A DNA stretch of 64,000 nt from Cyanophora paradoxa CCMP329. Its lineage: Eukaryota; Plantae; Glaucophyta. Of this stretch, positions 1 to 11,829 are shown piece after piece (within the stretch, counting starts at the first letter, position 1; the number at the start of each line of letters is the position of its first letter). The stretch lies in the NCBI GenBank assembly GCA_004431415.1, contig QPMI01000472.1, positions 1 through 64,000 of the forward strand, given 5' to 3'. Below the pieces are notes generated by a model. That model made no database searches. It had not been told where the DNA came from and was given only the letters and a program-made list of their open reading frames with translations. A program made the translations under genes and the position numbers.

Positions 1-2345
1 CACGAATCTCCCCTTTATCACTCGGAAACCTTGTATTTGGATGACGGTTTCGAGCTCAGCAGTAACATTACCGCTTCCAATGTGACCATATCTTCGAACC
101 TTGTGGTAAAAGACTTTCTATTAAATCAGAGCAACTTCATATATCGATATCACCAGCAATCTCCCTTTTACTATGGCACTGATAACTCAGCCCTCGTAAT
201 ATATCATGGGGGCTCACCTGTTGCATTCTTTGGCAGCAATTTCCCCACTGTGCGAACCTTTCAGCACGAAATCAATAAAGCCCGCCCATCCACTGACAGC
301 TGTCGTCGAATGGATCCTGTTAAATATTCGCAGAGCATCACAAGCAATATTACACTCACTCGACCACATTTAATTGAGGTCATGGGGGTCGACCTTGTAA
401 AGGAGTTTTATAGTGAGCGATTCACAAGAACGAGCGAGATGTAGCCCAGGATCTCGAAATCTCGGGTTTATCAATTGCTACCGCAGCAAACACGGCAGGG
501 CTCGCTGTTTTAACAGGTGCAATCACCATCACTGATGCGATCATGTATTTATCCGCGATTTGGTGCCTTTGCTCGATCATCAATTTAATCTCGGGCAATC
601 TAACACTGATGCTGTTAAGAAATGGCTGAATGTGTATGCCTATGATGGTGGTTTGATGACTTGCACACGACTAACCTTTATAGCACGACCTCAAAAACAA
701 GTAACATAATCTTGCCTTTCAATCACTCACTCGACCTAATCAGATTCTTACCAATGATAATGCACTGATCAGCTACACCGACTATAATAGTAACCTTTCC
801 CGCTCGGTTTCGCAAACTGAGACCTACACTGTCGAGGGATACCCTCAGCAGCTCGCAAATGGGGTCTATGTCGCTTACGTAGGCAAACCTACATATACAT
901 TCACTTGGGATCAGTTGGGTGTCACAGGTTTCGAGACGAATATACCCACTGTTTCATTGGTGGATCACACTACTTATTATAATCCTATCTATAACAATAA
1001 TGAATCTAATAAAGCATTTATCCAAAATGTCACCTCCACAGGGTTTCAGGTTTCGTTTGTCATTAACGAGACATACAATTTACTTATCATCCGAAACAAA
1101 CTCATTGAGTTCCGAAGCTACTATTAGTTTCACTCTTAACATCAATTATATCACCCTGAATTCGATAGCAAACCCAGAGTGAAGGTTTACCGAGATTTAC
1201 AAGGTAGCAATATCGTGCCCTTCTCACAGAATTTCGATCTTGGGGCGAATTCTTTGAGGTGGAACACAGTTTATACTTTGAATGCAAACACCTGTAATAT
1301 TGTGGTCGCAGGGTCATCGGCTACTATTGGAGATCTGACCGCCCCTTTCAAAAAGGAGTATCTTAAAGAGCTGTATATTACAAAGTCTGATTTACCAGAT
1401 GCTATTTCGTTGGTGCTCTCCCCAACTCCCAGTATATCCTATCACAATGTGAAAGACACCAGTAATGTAGTGCAGAGGGGAAGCAAAGTATTCCAGGCAT
1501 CCGAGATATCAGCAACAACATATAGATACCTTGCAGCGGTTCCAGCAAATTTTAATTTCACATTTGAGACACCATTTGTTTCCCCTCCTACTATTGAAAT
1601 AACTGACACGAATTTGTATGTGATCAATAATGGGTCGACCACCTCTATTAACAATGCACCAGCCGGCTACTCCCCATTTGTTGCAACTAACATAACAACC
1701 ACCGGCTTCACACTTGTCGGAAATGCAACAGTGACATATGCTCTTACAGCATATCCTGTTGGGTTGTATTTTGCGAAATTTAATCTTTCAGCGATCCCAC
1801 CTGTGTCCCTTTCTCCTCCCTTTACTATCAATTGGAAGGCAACAGGAACAATACCTCGGTTTGACTCCGAAGATCGATTAAAAATAAGGTATCCTCTCGA
1901 TGTGACCGACCTCCATACTACGAGATAAATGGGCAGAATTTCGTATTTAATGGAACCAATGCGACTCTGATCGATAATCGAGTTACAAATAATTACTTTT
2001 TCGATTCTCGATATATTAATACTTGCAACATTGTCATACAGAACACGTTTGAGAATCGAAGTAAGACCTTAACAGTCACCTTGCCCACTCACTCGAATGT
2101 CTCAGATGGATTTTACTATTACCTGTTCAATCGCAATTACACCTCTTATATTCCATATCCCTCTGAGACTGTGGACATGAGCTATCCCAAAGTCACCTAA
2201 CATCGACCAATGCTCACTTCTTGGATCCACGGACTTTATGACCTTCTTTGCTTTCACATCCTCTACTGATGGGCTCTTAGTTTATTACACTTTCAGATAT
2301 GATGCTGTTTGGACTCAGCTTGACAGCCACCAAATACAGATGTAA
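1..2345 (+). CDS. Fragmented large fibre/virion-surface protein (ORFs 31-444, 915-1127, 1179-1928 and downstream frames, probably one gene)
   Basis: Beta-rich S/T/N composition, fibre-type motif DLGANSLRWNTVY and an F.TPF.SPP...ITTTGF...INWKATG module. Frames appear joined by 1-nt shifts; boundaries approximate. Confidence 0.4.
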
Positions 2346-2384
2346 TCGAAGTGGGCGATAAGAAATATATAAAAACCGCTTCCC

Positions 2385-3221
2385 ATGGTGTGCACTGTCC
2401 GGCTCGATGACAGATACACTCCCAACCTAAATAACATTGGAATGCACTCGACTTGCAATATTTATGTGCAAGGTGCAATTTCGGCTACCAAATATTTCGA
2501 GGGAGGGAACTGTGATGCAGGGCATCGATTGCTATCGCGAAATGGATTCTTTGAGTCATTCAGTGGGACAGCTCTACCGCCCTTTATCAGGGACACAGTG
2601 TATGATACCACATGCAATATTTGGGTGTGTCGATCTGTGAGCAATCCGCCTGTGACAAAGGAATTATATAAATATCTGTCAGATACCTATGGTGCAATCT
2701 CAGGATCCTCCACAGGAAATCCAGCAACAGCTCCTATCGTGTTTGCAAATGCATACACAGCGCCAACCTCATTGGCAGGGTCGACAGAACCGCCACCAAA
2801 CGATCCCAATCCGAACCAGCCTAACCCAGATCCCGATTCAAAAGATCCCCCTACAACTGATCCAGATCCAAACACGACACCTAATAATCCCACTAATCCT
2901 ACAAATCCAGTCGGAGCACCCGGAATGGATCCAGGAACGTTAGTGCTTCTCATTCTCTTGCCGATTCTCGGTGCTCTTGGACTTGTGCTTGCATACAAAT
3001 TCCGAGCTTTATGTTGTGCTTGCATAGACAGAACCATTGCAGGTGCAGGTAATAAATACTCGGTGCCAGAAATGAATGTGACCCAAACAGCCGAAGGAGA
3101 TGTGGGGTTAGAGGTGAGGTCAGCCGAGGGGCATGGTCTTAGTGTTGTGAGAACTGATCAACCACAGCAAGTAGGGCAGCACCCAAAAAATCGCGAGCAG
3201 AACGAATGGCTGAATCAATAA
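2385..3221 (+). CDS. Single-pass membrane protein with Pro/Asn/Asp-rich stalk
   Basis: PNDPNPNQPNPDPDSKDPP stalk, hydrophobic helix LVLLILLPILGALGLVLAY, then KFRALCCAC and a polar tail. Confidence 0.65.
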   Translation: MVCTVRLDDRYTPNLNNIGMHSTCNIYVQGAISATKYFEGGNCDAGHRLLSRNGFFESFSGTALPPFIRDTVYDTTCNIWVCRSVSNPPVTKELYKYLSDTYGAISGSSTGNPATAPIVFANAYTAPTSLAGSTEPPPNDPNPNQPNPDPDSKDPPTTDPDPNTTPNNPTNPTNPVGAPGMDPGTLVLLILLPILGALGLVLAYKFRALCCACIDRTIAGAGNKYSVPEMNVTQTAEGDVGLEVRSAEGHGLSVVRTDQPQQVGQHPKNREQNEWLNQ

Positions 3222-3362
3222 TAAAAGATAATGCAGACTTTATGGCGGAAATTGCACAACGAGAGGCAGAACATACGAGCTTCTCCCAATGCGACCCTAA
3301 TTTTTGTAGTATGCCTTAATAGAGAAATAATGACGGAACCATAGTAGAAACGACAGTAAAGA

Positions 3363-4792
3363 ATGCTGTATTGGATAATCAATTTTATATAACCCATGGC
3401 AATATACCCAGTGAATCCAATGACCTAATTGTTAATCTAAAAGGCTATGTGATGGGAGCTATGGCTTCTAACCTATGGAATGACCTTTTCGGTTACGAGT
3501 TTGGTCACATCTATGACATTGCAAATGGGATCGGCTATGTGGATGCAATGGCAGGCACAGCCTTTCGCAATTTAAATTGCAACTGTGTGGGTGGGTGGAT
3601 GTTTCAGATCTGTTCAAATGTCGATCCTACTATTGATCCCGCCACTGTGACCTTTGATTGCAATCTGTATGCCCCCAAAACCATTTTTTCTATCACTTGC
3701 AATCTCGTTAATTCGGATGTGCCCATAGTAGCACCTGTAATAGGTGCATCAAATATGTATATCCAAAGAAATCCGGTCGTGCATACAGGCGCCGAATTTA
3801 TATTAGGCGACAACACCCCAATTAGTCGACTCGAATTGCCCACGAATTTCACCTTTAATCTCGTGGATGAGTTCCCTAACAGTCAAAGTCTTATGTATTT
3901 CACCTCTGAAAATCGCCTTTCGGGTGCATTCTCACCCATCGAGCTTTCTATACCGAAACAAAAGGTGAGCTATAAAGAGCTTACAGATGTGCCGGCGGGA
4001 TTTAGTGGTAGATGGACTGATATTACTGAGAAGCCGACTTGGAGTAGTGTAGCATACACAGGAAATTACTATGATTTAGAGGGAACTCCCGATTTCACAA
4101 GTTATATACCTCGTTGGATCGATCAAGGTGTAATTATATCAGAATCTACACTTCCTTTCAATGGGACATGGGATAGGTTATTTACTAAGCCGAATTTGCA
4201 TGCTGTTGCCACAAGTGGTGACTACAATGATTTAACTAACACACCCAATGCACCGACCTTGCATGCTGTGGCTACAAGTGGGAGCTATACAGATTTAGTT
4301 AATACACCTAACCTCCACGCTGTGGCTACAAGTGGAAATTATGATGATCTGATTAACACACCTACTTCGCCACCCACTCACAATCACAGCATAGAGTTGC
4401 TCACGAATTTCGGTAGTTATGTGAATCCAAATGCATATGTGCAACAAGGGACAGCGAATGTAGTTTTGGAAAATAGAATATACAATGCAGGAGAGACCTT
4501 TCAGTTATCGGGAACGGTCGTATTCTCTACCCCATTTTATAGTGATGCAGTGATTACTACCTCTATCGAGAATAGCTACAACTCTGTAAATTGGGAAATG
4601 ACCAACTGTGTATATATCGGACCTGAGTATGTTAATAATGAGAGAGTAGGACTAAAAACTAAGTTTACATGGATCGTTAGATTCACAGCTTTCGCATCGA
4701 CTAATTTCACAAATGTCACAGCAGCAAATCGCACCCTTAAACTCCATTGGACTGCTGTCGGACCTCTCCAAAACAATAATATTCTCACTTAA
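3363..4792 (+). CDS. Tail-fibre-like protein with LHAVATSGxYxDLxNTP repeats
   Basis: ORF 3371-4792 has three LHAVATSG(D/S/N)Y repeats typical of phage fibres. Likely true start is ATG 3363 after GTAAAGA (MLYLDN if one T is added). Confidence 0.65.
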
Positions 4793-4813
4793 TAAGTAAA
4801 GAACAATCACACA

Positions 4814-5833
4814 ATGTCGACTGTGTTTACCCCTGTCTTCTCCCTCAGTGCATCAGCTGTCCATAATGTCCAACACACAGTCTATGATTTATCTCCGAGC
4901 CACCCTTCCACAGAGACAGCGAAAACCGATTCTTTTAATGACCAAAGTATACTCAGAGTCAAAGAACTCAGAGCTGACAAGATTGATGGACTCGTTAAAG
5001 CTACTCAAATAATCGTATCTAATCGACCCGCAATATCTTCGGGGCTGGTCACCAAAGAAAATCTATATGAGGGTCAACAGGATTCCAAAACGGCTTTTAA
5101 TCCGGCTGATAGGAATTCGGCGGCTTTTCAAGTTTACAGTGGTGGGGCATGGATTGGGACTGGACTTGGAGTGAATGGGAATGCAACAGTGAGCGGGAAT
5201 GCAACAGTTACTGGAAGCCTTACAGCTGGATCATTTGGGACAGTTAAAACGACGACTATTGATTCTGGGGCAAATACAGAGTTGGTGATCAAGCGAAATA
5301 ATGAGAATATCGCTTCCACATTTGTAAACAGCTTCACCAATTCAACAAGTGGGGCAGTTGCTGGAACTTACAGCTGGAAAGGTCTTACAGTCAATGGGAC
5401 AAACTCTTATCTTGGGACTCCAAACCATCCTCGATTTTGCTATGGATTAAATACAACAGTAACATCAGCTGCAATTATCAACGCATGGGGGCATATCATT
5501 TTAGGATCAACATCATTTTCGAATGGAGTATTCACAGCACCCATAGGAGGACATTACAGGTTCGTTTTCACAGCAATGACATCAAGATATGATACAGGAA
5601 ACACACATGTTATTTTACAAGTAAATGGTGCAGATACAGCAGTGAATGCATTAGTAGGTGTTGTAACTAATGCAGATGAATATAGAAGATATCGCTGTCT
5701 CGGTTTCAACACTATTCAATCACTTAGTGCAGGTGATAGTGTGCGACTCAGATTAGCATTGGGTAGTCAGCTTTATGGTGATGCAAGCACTGCATTTTGT
5801 CAATGGTCAGGTGAATTAATTTCGGCAATATAA
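4814..5833 (+). CDS. Fibre protein: conserved N-terminal module plus C-terminal C1q-like head
   Basis: N-terminal SILRVKELRADK..G.VK.T shared with 27521-28354 and 28378-29262. C-terminal FTAPIGGHYRF...LSAGDSVRL...WSGELI fits the C1q/TNF-like pattern. Confidence 0.7.
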   Translation: MSTVFTPVFSLSASAVHNVQHTVYDLSPSHPSTETAKTDSFNDQSILRVKELRADKIDGLVKATQIIVSNRPAISSGLVTKENLYEGQQDSKTAFNPADRNSAAFQVYSGGAWIGTGLGVNGNATVSGNATVTGSLTAGSFGTVKTTTIDSGANTELVIKRNNENIASTFVNSFTNSTSGAVAGTYSWKGLTVNGTNSYLGTPNHPRFCYGLNTTVTSAAIINAWGHIILGSTSFSNGVFTAPIGGHYRFVFTAMTSRYDTGNTHVILQVNGADTAVNALVGVVTNADEYRRYRCLGFNTIQSLSAGDSVRLRLALGSQLYGDASTAFCQWSGELISAI

Positions 5834-5841
5834 GTAAAAGA

Positions 5842-6105
5842 ATGTCGAACATCTACCAAGTGGTTCTAACTGATACTGAAAAACTCGGAATGGAATACTG
5901 TGCCTACTCTGTTCAGGATTGGATCGATAATGCTGCTCATAATAGGGCGAGAATCGCGATTGATGAGATTGTGGACAAAGAAGTTAAATCGTGTATTGCT
6001 GCTGGAATTCCGATTCCACTCACAAAGGAAGCGATTGTAGAGCAAGCGTTTAATCGGGGGACTGTTCGAAAGGCAAGCGAAATTCCTGTGAGTGCTCCTA
6101 TGTAA
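5842..6105 (+). CDS. Small phage-like hypothetical protein next to the C1q fibre
   Basis: DWIDNAAHNRARIAIDEIV motif, recalled from small phage proteins; preceded by TAAGTAAAAGA-ATG. Confidence 0.6.
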   Translation: MSNIYQVVLTDTEKLGMEYCAYSVQDWIDNAAHNRARIAIDEIVDKEVKSCIAAGIPIPLTKEAIVEQAFNRGTVRKASEIPVSAPM

Positions 6106-6269
6106 AGAGAGATGGGTTTATTGTTATTTTTCATAGATCATGCATAAGAAAGGCATGTATCTTGCATAGTGGGCGGGGCGCACTTATCCCCTTCGTATCC
6201 ACTTCGTATCCACTTCATATCCACTTTGTGTTCACTAAATTATATCGCACTGATTCAGTTTGCATTTTG

Positions 6270-7290
6270 CCCCCACCCTACACCCCACCCTATACTACAA
6301 TCTCGTTATTTCTATACATATTTACTATCTAATTTAATAGAGTTTATACATTGAAATAAGTGAGGTGTATCGATAAGTAATACAGGGTGGGGAGGTGGGG
6401 TTGGGTGGGGTCTTTTTTGCCCAAAAATATTTGACCCCCAAAAATTTAAGGGATTCAAAAAAATGCCCACCTCACCCCACTTACCCCACCCTATCGAAGT
6501 CCGCACGATATCATAGTAGGCTACATCGGGATTGCGATCATATCACAGTGTATACAGTGAGGGTGGTGCCCCACTTTCTCACCCACCCTATCGATTCGCG
6601 ATTCAGGGATCGCGAAATATACAGCACATGATACTTGTTTTTCTTAGTGATCGCGCCGTTCTAATACGATCTGAATATATCATATCTCGTCGGTATCACG
6701 TCGGTTCAATATCGTAATTATTAAATGGTTGGCTGATACCACTTTCACACCCCACCCTCACACCCCACCCGGTATTAATTTAACATACATAATCTCTATA
6801 CTTTATACATTAATTACATTGAAATCAATCATAAATATAATAAAAGATACAGGGTGGGGTAAGTGGGGTTGGGTGGGGTCTTTTTTGACCAAGAATTTTT
6901 GAGGGGGAATTATTTTAGGGAATTCAAAAAAATGCCCCACCTCACCCCACCCGCCCCACCCTATCGAAGTTATCGAAGTCCGATAAGTATCAAACCGGAA
7001 GTAAAAATAACACATCATGATTTTATGTGTGCCATCTTAGATTGGACTACCATACCGATACCACTCACACCCCACCCTCACACCCCACCCAGTATTAATT
7101 TAACATACTCAATCATACATATTTATATTTAAATTACATTGAAATCAATCATAGATAAAGAGAATAATACAGGGTGGGGTAAGTGGGGTTGGGTGGGGTC
7201 TTTTTTGACCAAGAATTTTTGGGAGTGAAACATTTTAGGGAATTCAAAAAAATGCCCCACCTCACCCCACCCGCCCCACCCTATCGAAGC
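6270..7290. repeat. Element A subterminal region: three copies of a GGGTGGGG-iteron / AT-rich spacer / CCCCACCC module
   Basis: Copies at about 6385-6491, 6852-6961 and 7172-7281, each preceded by CCCCACCCT(C)ACACCCCACCC; copies 2 and 3 nearly identical. Confidence 0.85.
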
Positions 7291-7544
7291 TACGTAGGTG
7301 ATACACATGACTATATGAGGCGCGTCCCAAGCAGCACATTGTAGTTGTTTTAGATACACATCGCGCATCGTAAACACATATCGGCTATATCGCGATTACA
7401 TATTATATATACATATTTTACAAAGATTCCACGATACTTATATTATTTTTATTGATTCATTTACGAACTACCGATAGAATACATATCACATATCGATATA
7501 CACTATGATAAAAATGCTAATATCTTTATATAACTTATAGTAAC

Positions 7545-7615
7545 ACACATATAAAAACAAATATTATTATCCTGAGCGGAACGCGAGGGATAATAATATT
7601 TGTTTTTATATGTGT
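7545..7615. repeat. Terminal hairpin, right end of element A
   Basis: Perfect 28-bp arms 7545-7572 and 7588-7615 around TGAGCGGAACGCGAG. Confidence 0.95.
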
Positions 7616-7699
7616 GGGGGGGGGGGGGGGGCGGGGGGGGGAGGGGGGAAGGAAGGGGGGCGGGGGGGCAAGCTGAAGCAGCGGCTGCCGCCAGTGCGC

Positions 7700-8590
7700 T
7701 CGAGCGGGGCGCACGAGGCCGGTGGCGGTGGGGCGCGGGTCGGTCGGGGCGGGGAAGCCGCCCCCGGCCGGGCTCAGGTACGACGCGTGGGCGTCCCCGG
7801 CCGTCCAGTCGGACTGCGGCGCCGAGGGTTCATTCCGGATCAAATCAAAGGCTCGAGATCAAATTCAGAGGTCGAGAACGAACCAGAGGCTTCGTGGTGG
7901 GCGGGAGGGGGGTCACGGGGACGACCCGCTGGGCGCCGCTGTCCCAGATGACCTGAAGAAAGGAAGGCTTAGCTATGTATGGCCGCTTAGCTAAGCTGGC
8001 TAGGAAAGGCTTCAAGCTAGCTAGGCCCTAATAATAAGCCTCTGGGCGCCCACCTTCTCGATGGGCTGGTTCGTCACGTCGACGCACTGGCCGTTCACGA
8101 TCTTCGCCGGGTACCTGCGCGCGCGGGCGCGCGGGCGAACGCCCGGCCGCTTAAGCCTGAGCTTTTGCCGGCGCAGACGTCGACGGCGCCGGCCGCCGGG
8201 ACGCGGCGGAGGTCTAGATCTTGCAATGGGCCCGGCCCAGCTCGCACCCGGCATTGAGGGAGCAGCAGCCGTAGTCGTTCGTGTTTACGTTGCCCCTGAA
8301 GATAGGCACCAGCTTGTAAATCTGCGCATGCGCGCGGGAGCCTCGGAGCGAGAATTCGAATCGTCGATGCGACGCCGACATATGCATTGGCGTCGCCAGA
8401 ACACACACGCGCGCAGCGAGGGCCGCCGGGCGCGGCCCGGGCGAGCGTAACTTCGTAGCTTAGTAAAACGCACGTTCTTCACCGAGAAGAACTCGGGGTC
8501 GGGCATGGGCTGGCACCCCGGCGTCGCCGAGTTCGGCCCCGGGATCGCCAGCGTGGGCGGGATGGCGGGGCGGGCCCTGGCGCGCAACAT
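7700..8590 (-). CDS. Probable spliced host gene of unknown function (exons unresolved)
   Basis: Short protein-like segments (PDPEFFSVKNVRFTK; IYKLVPIFRGNVNTNDYGCC; AKIVNGQCVDVTNQPIEKV) separated by GC-rich intron-like tracts. Confidence 0.3.
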
Positions 8591-8713
8591 CGTCTACTAG
8601 ACAGCCTAGAGAGCTCGCGCCGAACGCTGCTAATGGAAGGCCTCCTCGACGAAGCCTTGATGGACGCGCGTTCGCTGATGCTGTATACGTAACGGTGTAA
8701 CCGCCGCCGAAGA

Positions 8714-9240
8714 AAAAGTTTTTTTTTTGGTGAATTACCGGCCACAGTCTCTAGACACCAGCACTGCGGGGGCTGCCCAGGGGGCCTAAAGACAAAAAAG
8801 CAAAATAACTAAGACAAGAGCACGAAGAAAGATAAGACAAAGAGCCAAAAACGACAATAAAAAAGAAAAGACACAGAGCTCGAGACAAATCGAGAAGAGA
8901 CGAGAAATCGAGCAGATCTAGGGACAGAGGATGACTGACACAAAGAAGAGCCAGAGCTAGAGATACCATCAATATCGGAAGGAATTACATCACTAAGAAG
9001 CGGAGGACAAATTTGAGAAAGATAAATAACAGGAAGCAGACAAGTAAGAGGAACAACAAGACGACGCGGAGGCGGAGGCGAAGCAGGACGACGCGAAAGG
9101 GCAGAGCTACGGCACAAGGTCGAGGAGGACACAGGAGGCGGAGCAGGCGGATCAAGAGCAGGCAAAAGGACAGTCAAAGGAATCACTAAAGCCGACCGGG
9201 GTCGAGACGGGCAGTCGAACTGCAAACGACGGCGAACAAC
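8714..9240 (-). repeat. Dispersed host repeat, possible retroposon 3' end
   Basis: Minus strand reads as a pyrimidine-rich body, then CCCTGGGCAGCCCCCGCAGTGCTGGTG...GGCCGGTAATTCACC and an A-run. Related copies at 14500-14730, 16120-16160 and 20381-20455. Confidence 0.5.
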
Positions 9241-10313
9241 AGGTCGAGCACGAGGACTATAGCTAGTATTGAAACTAACTCTAGCATCAACACTCGAAAA
9301 AAATGCAGTGGATCCGGATTCCGGACTCCGGACTCCGGAGGTTGACTCGTCAGATCCCGGATCCGAGGCGATTCCGAGGAATCCGAGCTCGAGCTCCGAG
9401 CGACATGCATATGATGATCGATATCCGCGGCCGACATCACGAATTCATGATCAAGTGTATACTAGTGTACTGCTGGTCTCGCCACTGAGGTCGCCAGACA
9501 TTAATCCGAGGCCTAGCTTAAGCTTCCGCGGCGCCGAGGGCCGGCCGGCCGCGCCCGGCCCGGCGGCGCCGGAGTCCCGCGTAGCCAGGTCGCCGGGTTT
9601 AGATCTAGCCTCTAGTAGAGATCCGCTGCATACGCCGTGACGTCGACGTACCTTGCACATGCCGTCGCCGGCCGCGCCGGCCGACGAAGTCTACGCTGGC
9701 CCCGAGCTCGAATCTGGAGCGCGCGCGCGCGCCCCGGCCGCCCGGTGGCCCCATGGCCAGCCGAGGTGCACGTGCACCGTACGCGTGCCCTGTACTACGG
9801 TAGCTGTAGCTCAGGGAAACTTGCACTTCGCGCCTACATGCAACGCCCAGGGCGCGCCGCGGCGGCTGGGCCAGCTGCGCTGCGGCAGCTGCAGCTGGGT
9901 GGGGACTCCCGCCAGTGTGGGGGGAAATCAAAGAAGGTGGAGACAAAAGCGCGTAATATAATTACATCTACAGCCGGGCGCCCCGCTGCGCTACGGGGGG
10001 GGCGGGGGGCGCGGACGGCGGCGACGGCGGCGCGGAGGGCGGCGACGTCGCGGAGGACGGGCGCCGGGACCGTCAGGAGCATGAAGAAGGAGAACCCGCG
10101 GGGCCGGGCGTCGGGCGGGGGGCGGGGCCACTGGGCCAGAGCCCGCACGCGTACGCGTCCCCCTCGCGCGATCGATATCGAGGGCAGCCGCCAGCCCGGC
10201 GCCCAGGGCGCCCGCCCGCCGCAGCCGCGCCCCGCCCGCCCGCCGCGCGCCGTCCCCCGCGGCCGCGAGGCGCGCCCGCCTCAGCCGCGGCCCCGCGGCC
10301 TCCAGGAGCTCCA

Positions 10314-11773
10314 ATAGGGTACCCCCCGCACCCTCCCCCATCGGCTCCAGGAACTCTGCGGGGGAGGGGGGGGTGAGCTTAGCTTTGGGGGGTACGGGGC
10401 GAACGGGGCGCACCGAGGCGGAGCTCGAGGTCGGTCAGGGGGTACAGACGCGGAGGGCGCCGGCCGCGGCGGCGGCGCCGGGCGAGTCGGCGAGCCGCAG
10501 GCGGAAGCACGCGCGGCGCAGGCGCGGGGGCAGGTCCAGCGGCTCCTCCCCCCCTTCCTCCGTCTGCGCACGCGGAAGAGTCAGGCGAGGGGGGGGGGAA
10601 GGAGCGGGCGGGGGGTACGGGGCGCGGACCTCGAGGGAGGCGCAGAAGTCGAGGGCCGTCAGAGAGGGGAGGCGGGACAGGCGGGACAGGGCCCGGCGGG
10701 GCAGTAGCACGGCGCCCCCGTCGCTCCGCCTGCGATCGAGGTACAGCCCGAGGGGAGAGGAGGGGGCTACCAGAGGCGGAGGGTGCGGAGGGAGCGGCTG
10801 GCGGGGCTCGCGGCGAGGCGAACGAAGGGCTCGTCGGGGGCCAGGAGGGGCCCCGCGGAGAGGGATTCGAGGGGGAGGGGGTACAGGCCCTACAACGCGT
10901 ACTGGTTCGCGAGGCCCACCTGTTGGGGGTGGGGGCGGGAAGAGGTCAAAAGGCGCGGGGCGGGTGGCCGGCCGGGGGGGTACGCGTGCACCTGGAGGCG
11001 GCGGAGGCGGGGCAGGGCGGCGGAGAGGGCGGCGGTCTCGTCGGCGCGCAGCTGGAGGCCCCCGGGGAGGGCCAGGGCGCCGAGGGCGGGGAAGCGGCGC
11101 AGGCGCGCGACGGCCGCCGCGGCGATGTGGAACGCCGGCCCGGGGCCCCGCCGCCCCGGCGGCCCGCGCGGGTCGCCGGCGCCGCAGCCGTCGACTGTGA
11201 GGGCGAGGCTCTCGAGGGCGCCGGAAGGAGGGAGCGCCTCCAGCAGCGCGGCGGCGTGCTCCTGCATGGCGCCGGCGAGGCCGGGGAAGGTCGGCACGCG
11301 CCAGGCGACGCGGAGCGAGCGCAGCCCGCCGGCCGCCTCCCAGCACGCGTACGCGAGGCCTAGGGCGGCGGCCGCGGCGAGGCGGCCGAGGGCCGCGCAC
11401 CGGTCCGCGGCGTCGGCGTCTTTCGCGTGCGCAGGTGGCGGAGCAATTGCAAGCTCGAGCTCGAGGGATGCGCCGCGGGCGATGCGGAGCGCGCCCCGCC
11501 GGACCGCGCCGCCGAATCCGGCGAGCGCCTCGACGCGCGCGGCCTCAAGCCGCAGCAATGCCCACTCGACGCCGTCGGCGATGCCGCGGAAGCGGCGGCA
11601 GACGAGCTCCGCGAGGACGCCGCCGAGCACAGCGTCGTCGAGCGCGTTGAAGCGATCGAGCGCATAGCTGCCGAGTCGTGGACGTCGAGGCTACGAGCCG
11701 TGAGCGAACCAAGCGGTCCGAGGCCTGGAAGGCCAGCCAGGGGGGGGTACGGTGCGAACCGATCGGCGCGCAA
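10314..11773 (-). CDS. Spliced host F-box/LRR-like gene (approximate limits)
   Basis: LGGVLAEL-VCRRFRGIADGVEW resembles the F-box of the divergent neighbour; LRR-like LESLALTV and LPRLRRLQV. Confidence 0.45.
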
Positions 11774-11829
11774 GACGGATAGGAAGCCGGTCGAGCTTCA
11801 ATTTGCGCGCAAACGTGCGCCGATCGCAA

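Larger units (their letters stand above)
1..7615. mobile_element. Element A: right-hand part of an endogenous Polinton-like virus (left part outside window)
   Basis: AT-rich, intron-less, gene-dense block ending abruptly at ...ATATGTGT (7615) before GC-rich host DNA. It has the same terminal hairpin as B and C, and ORF 4814-5833 shares its N-terminus with element C ORFs. Confidence 0.85.
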
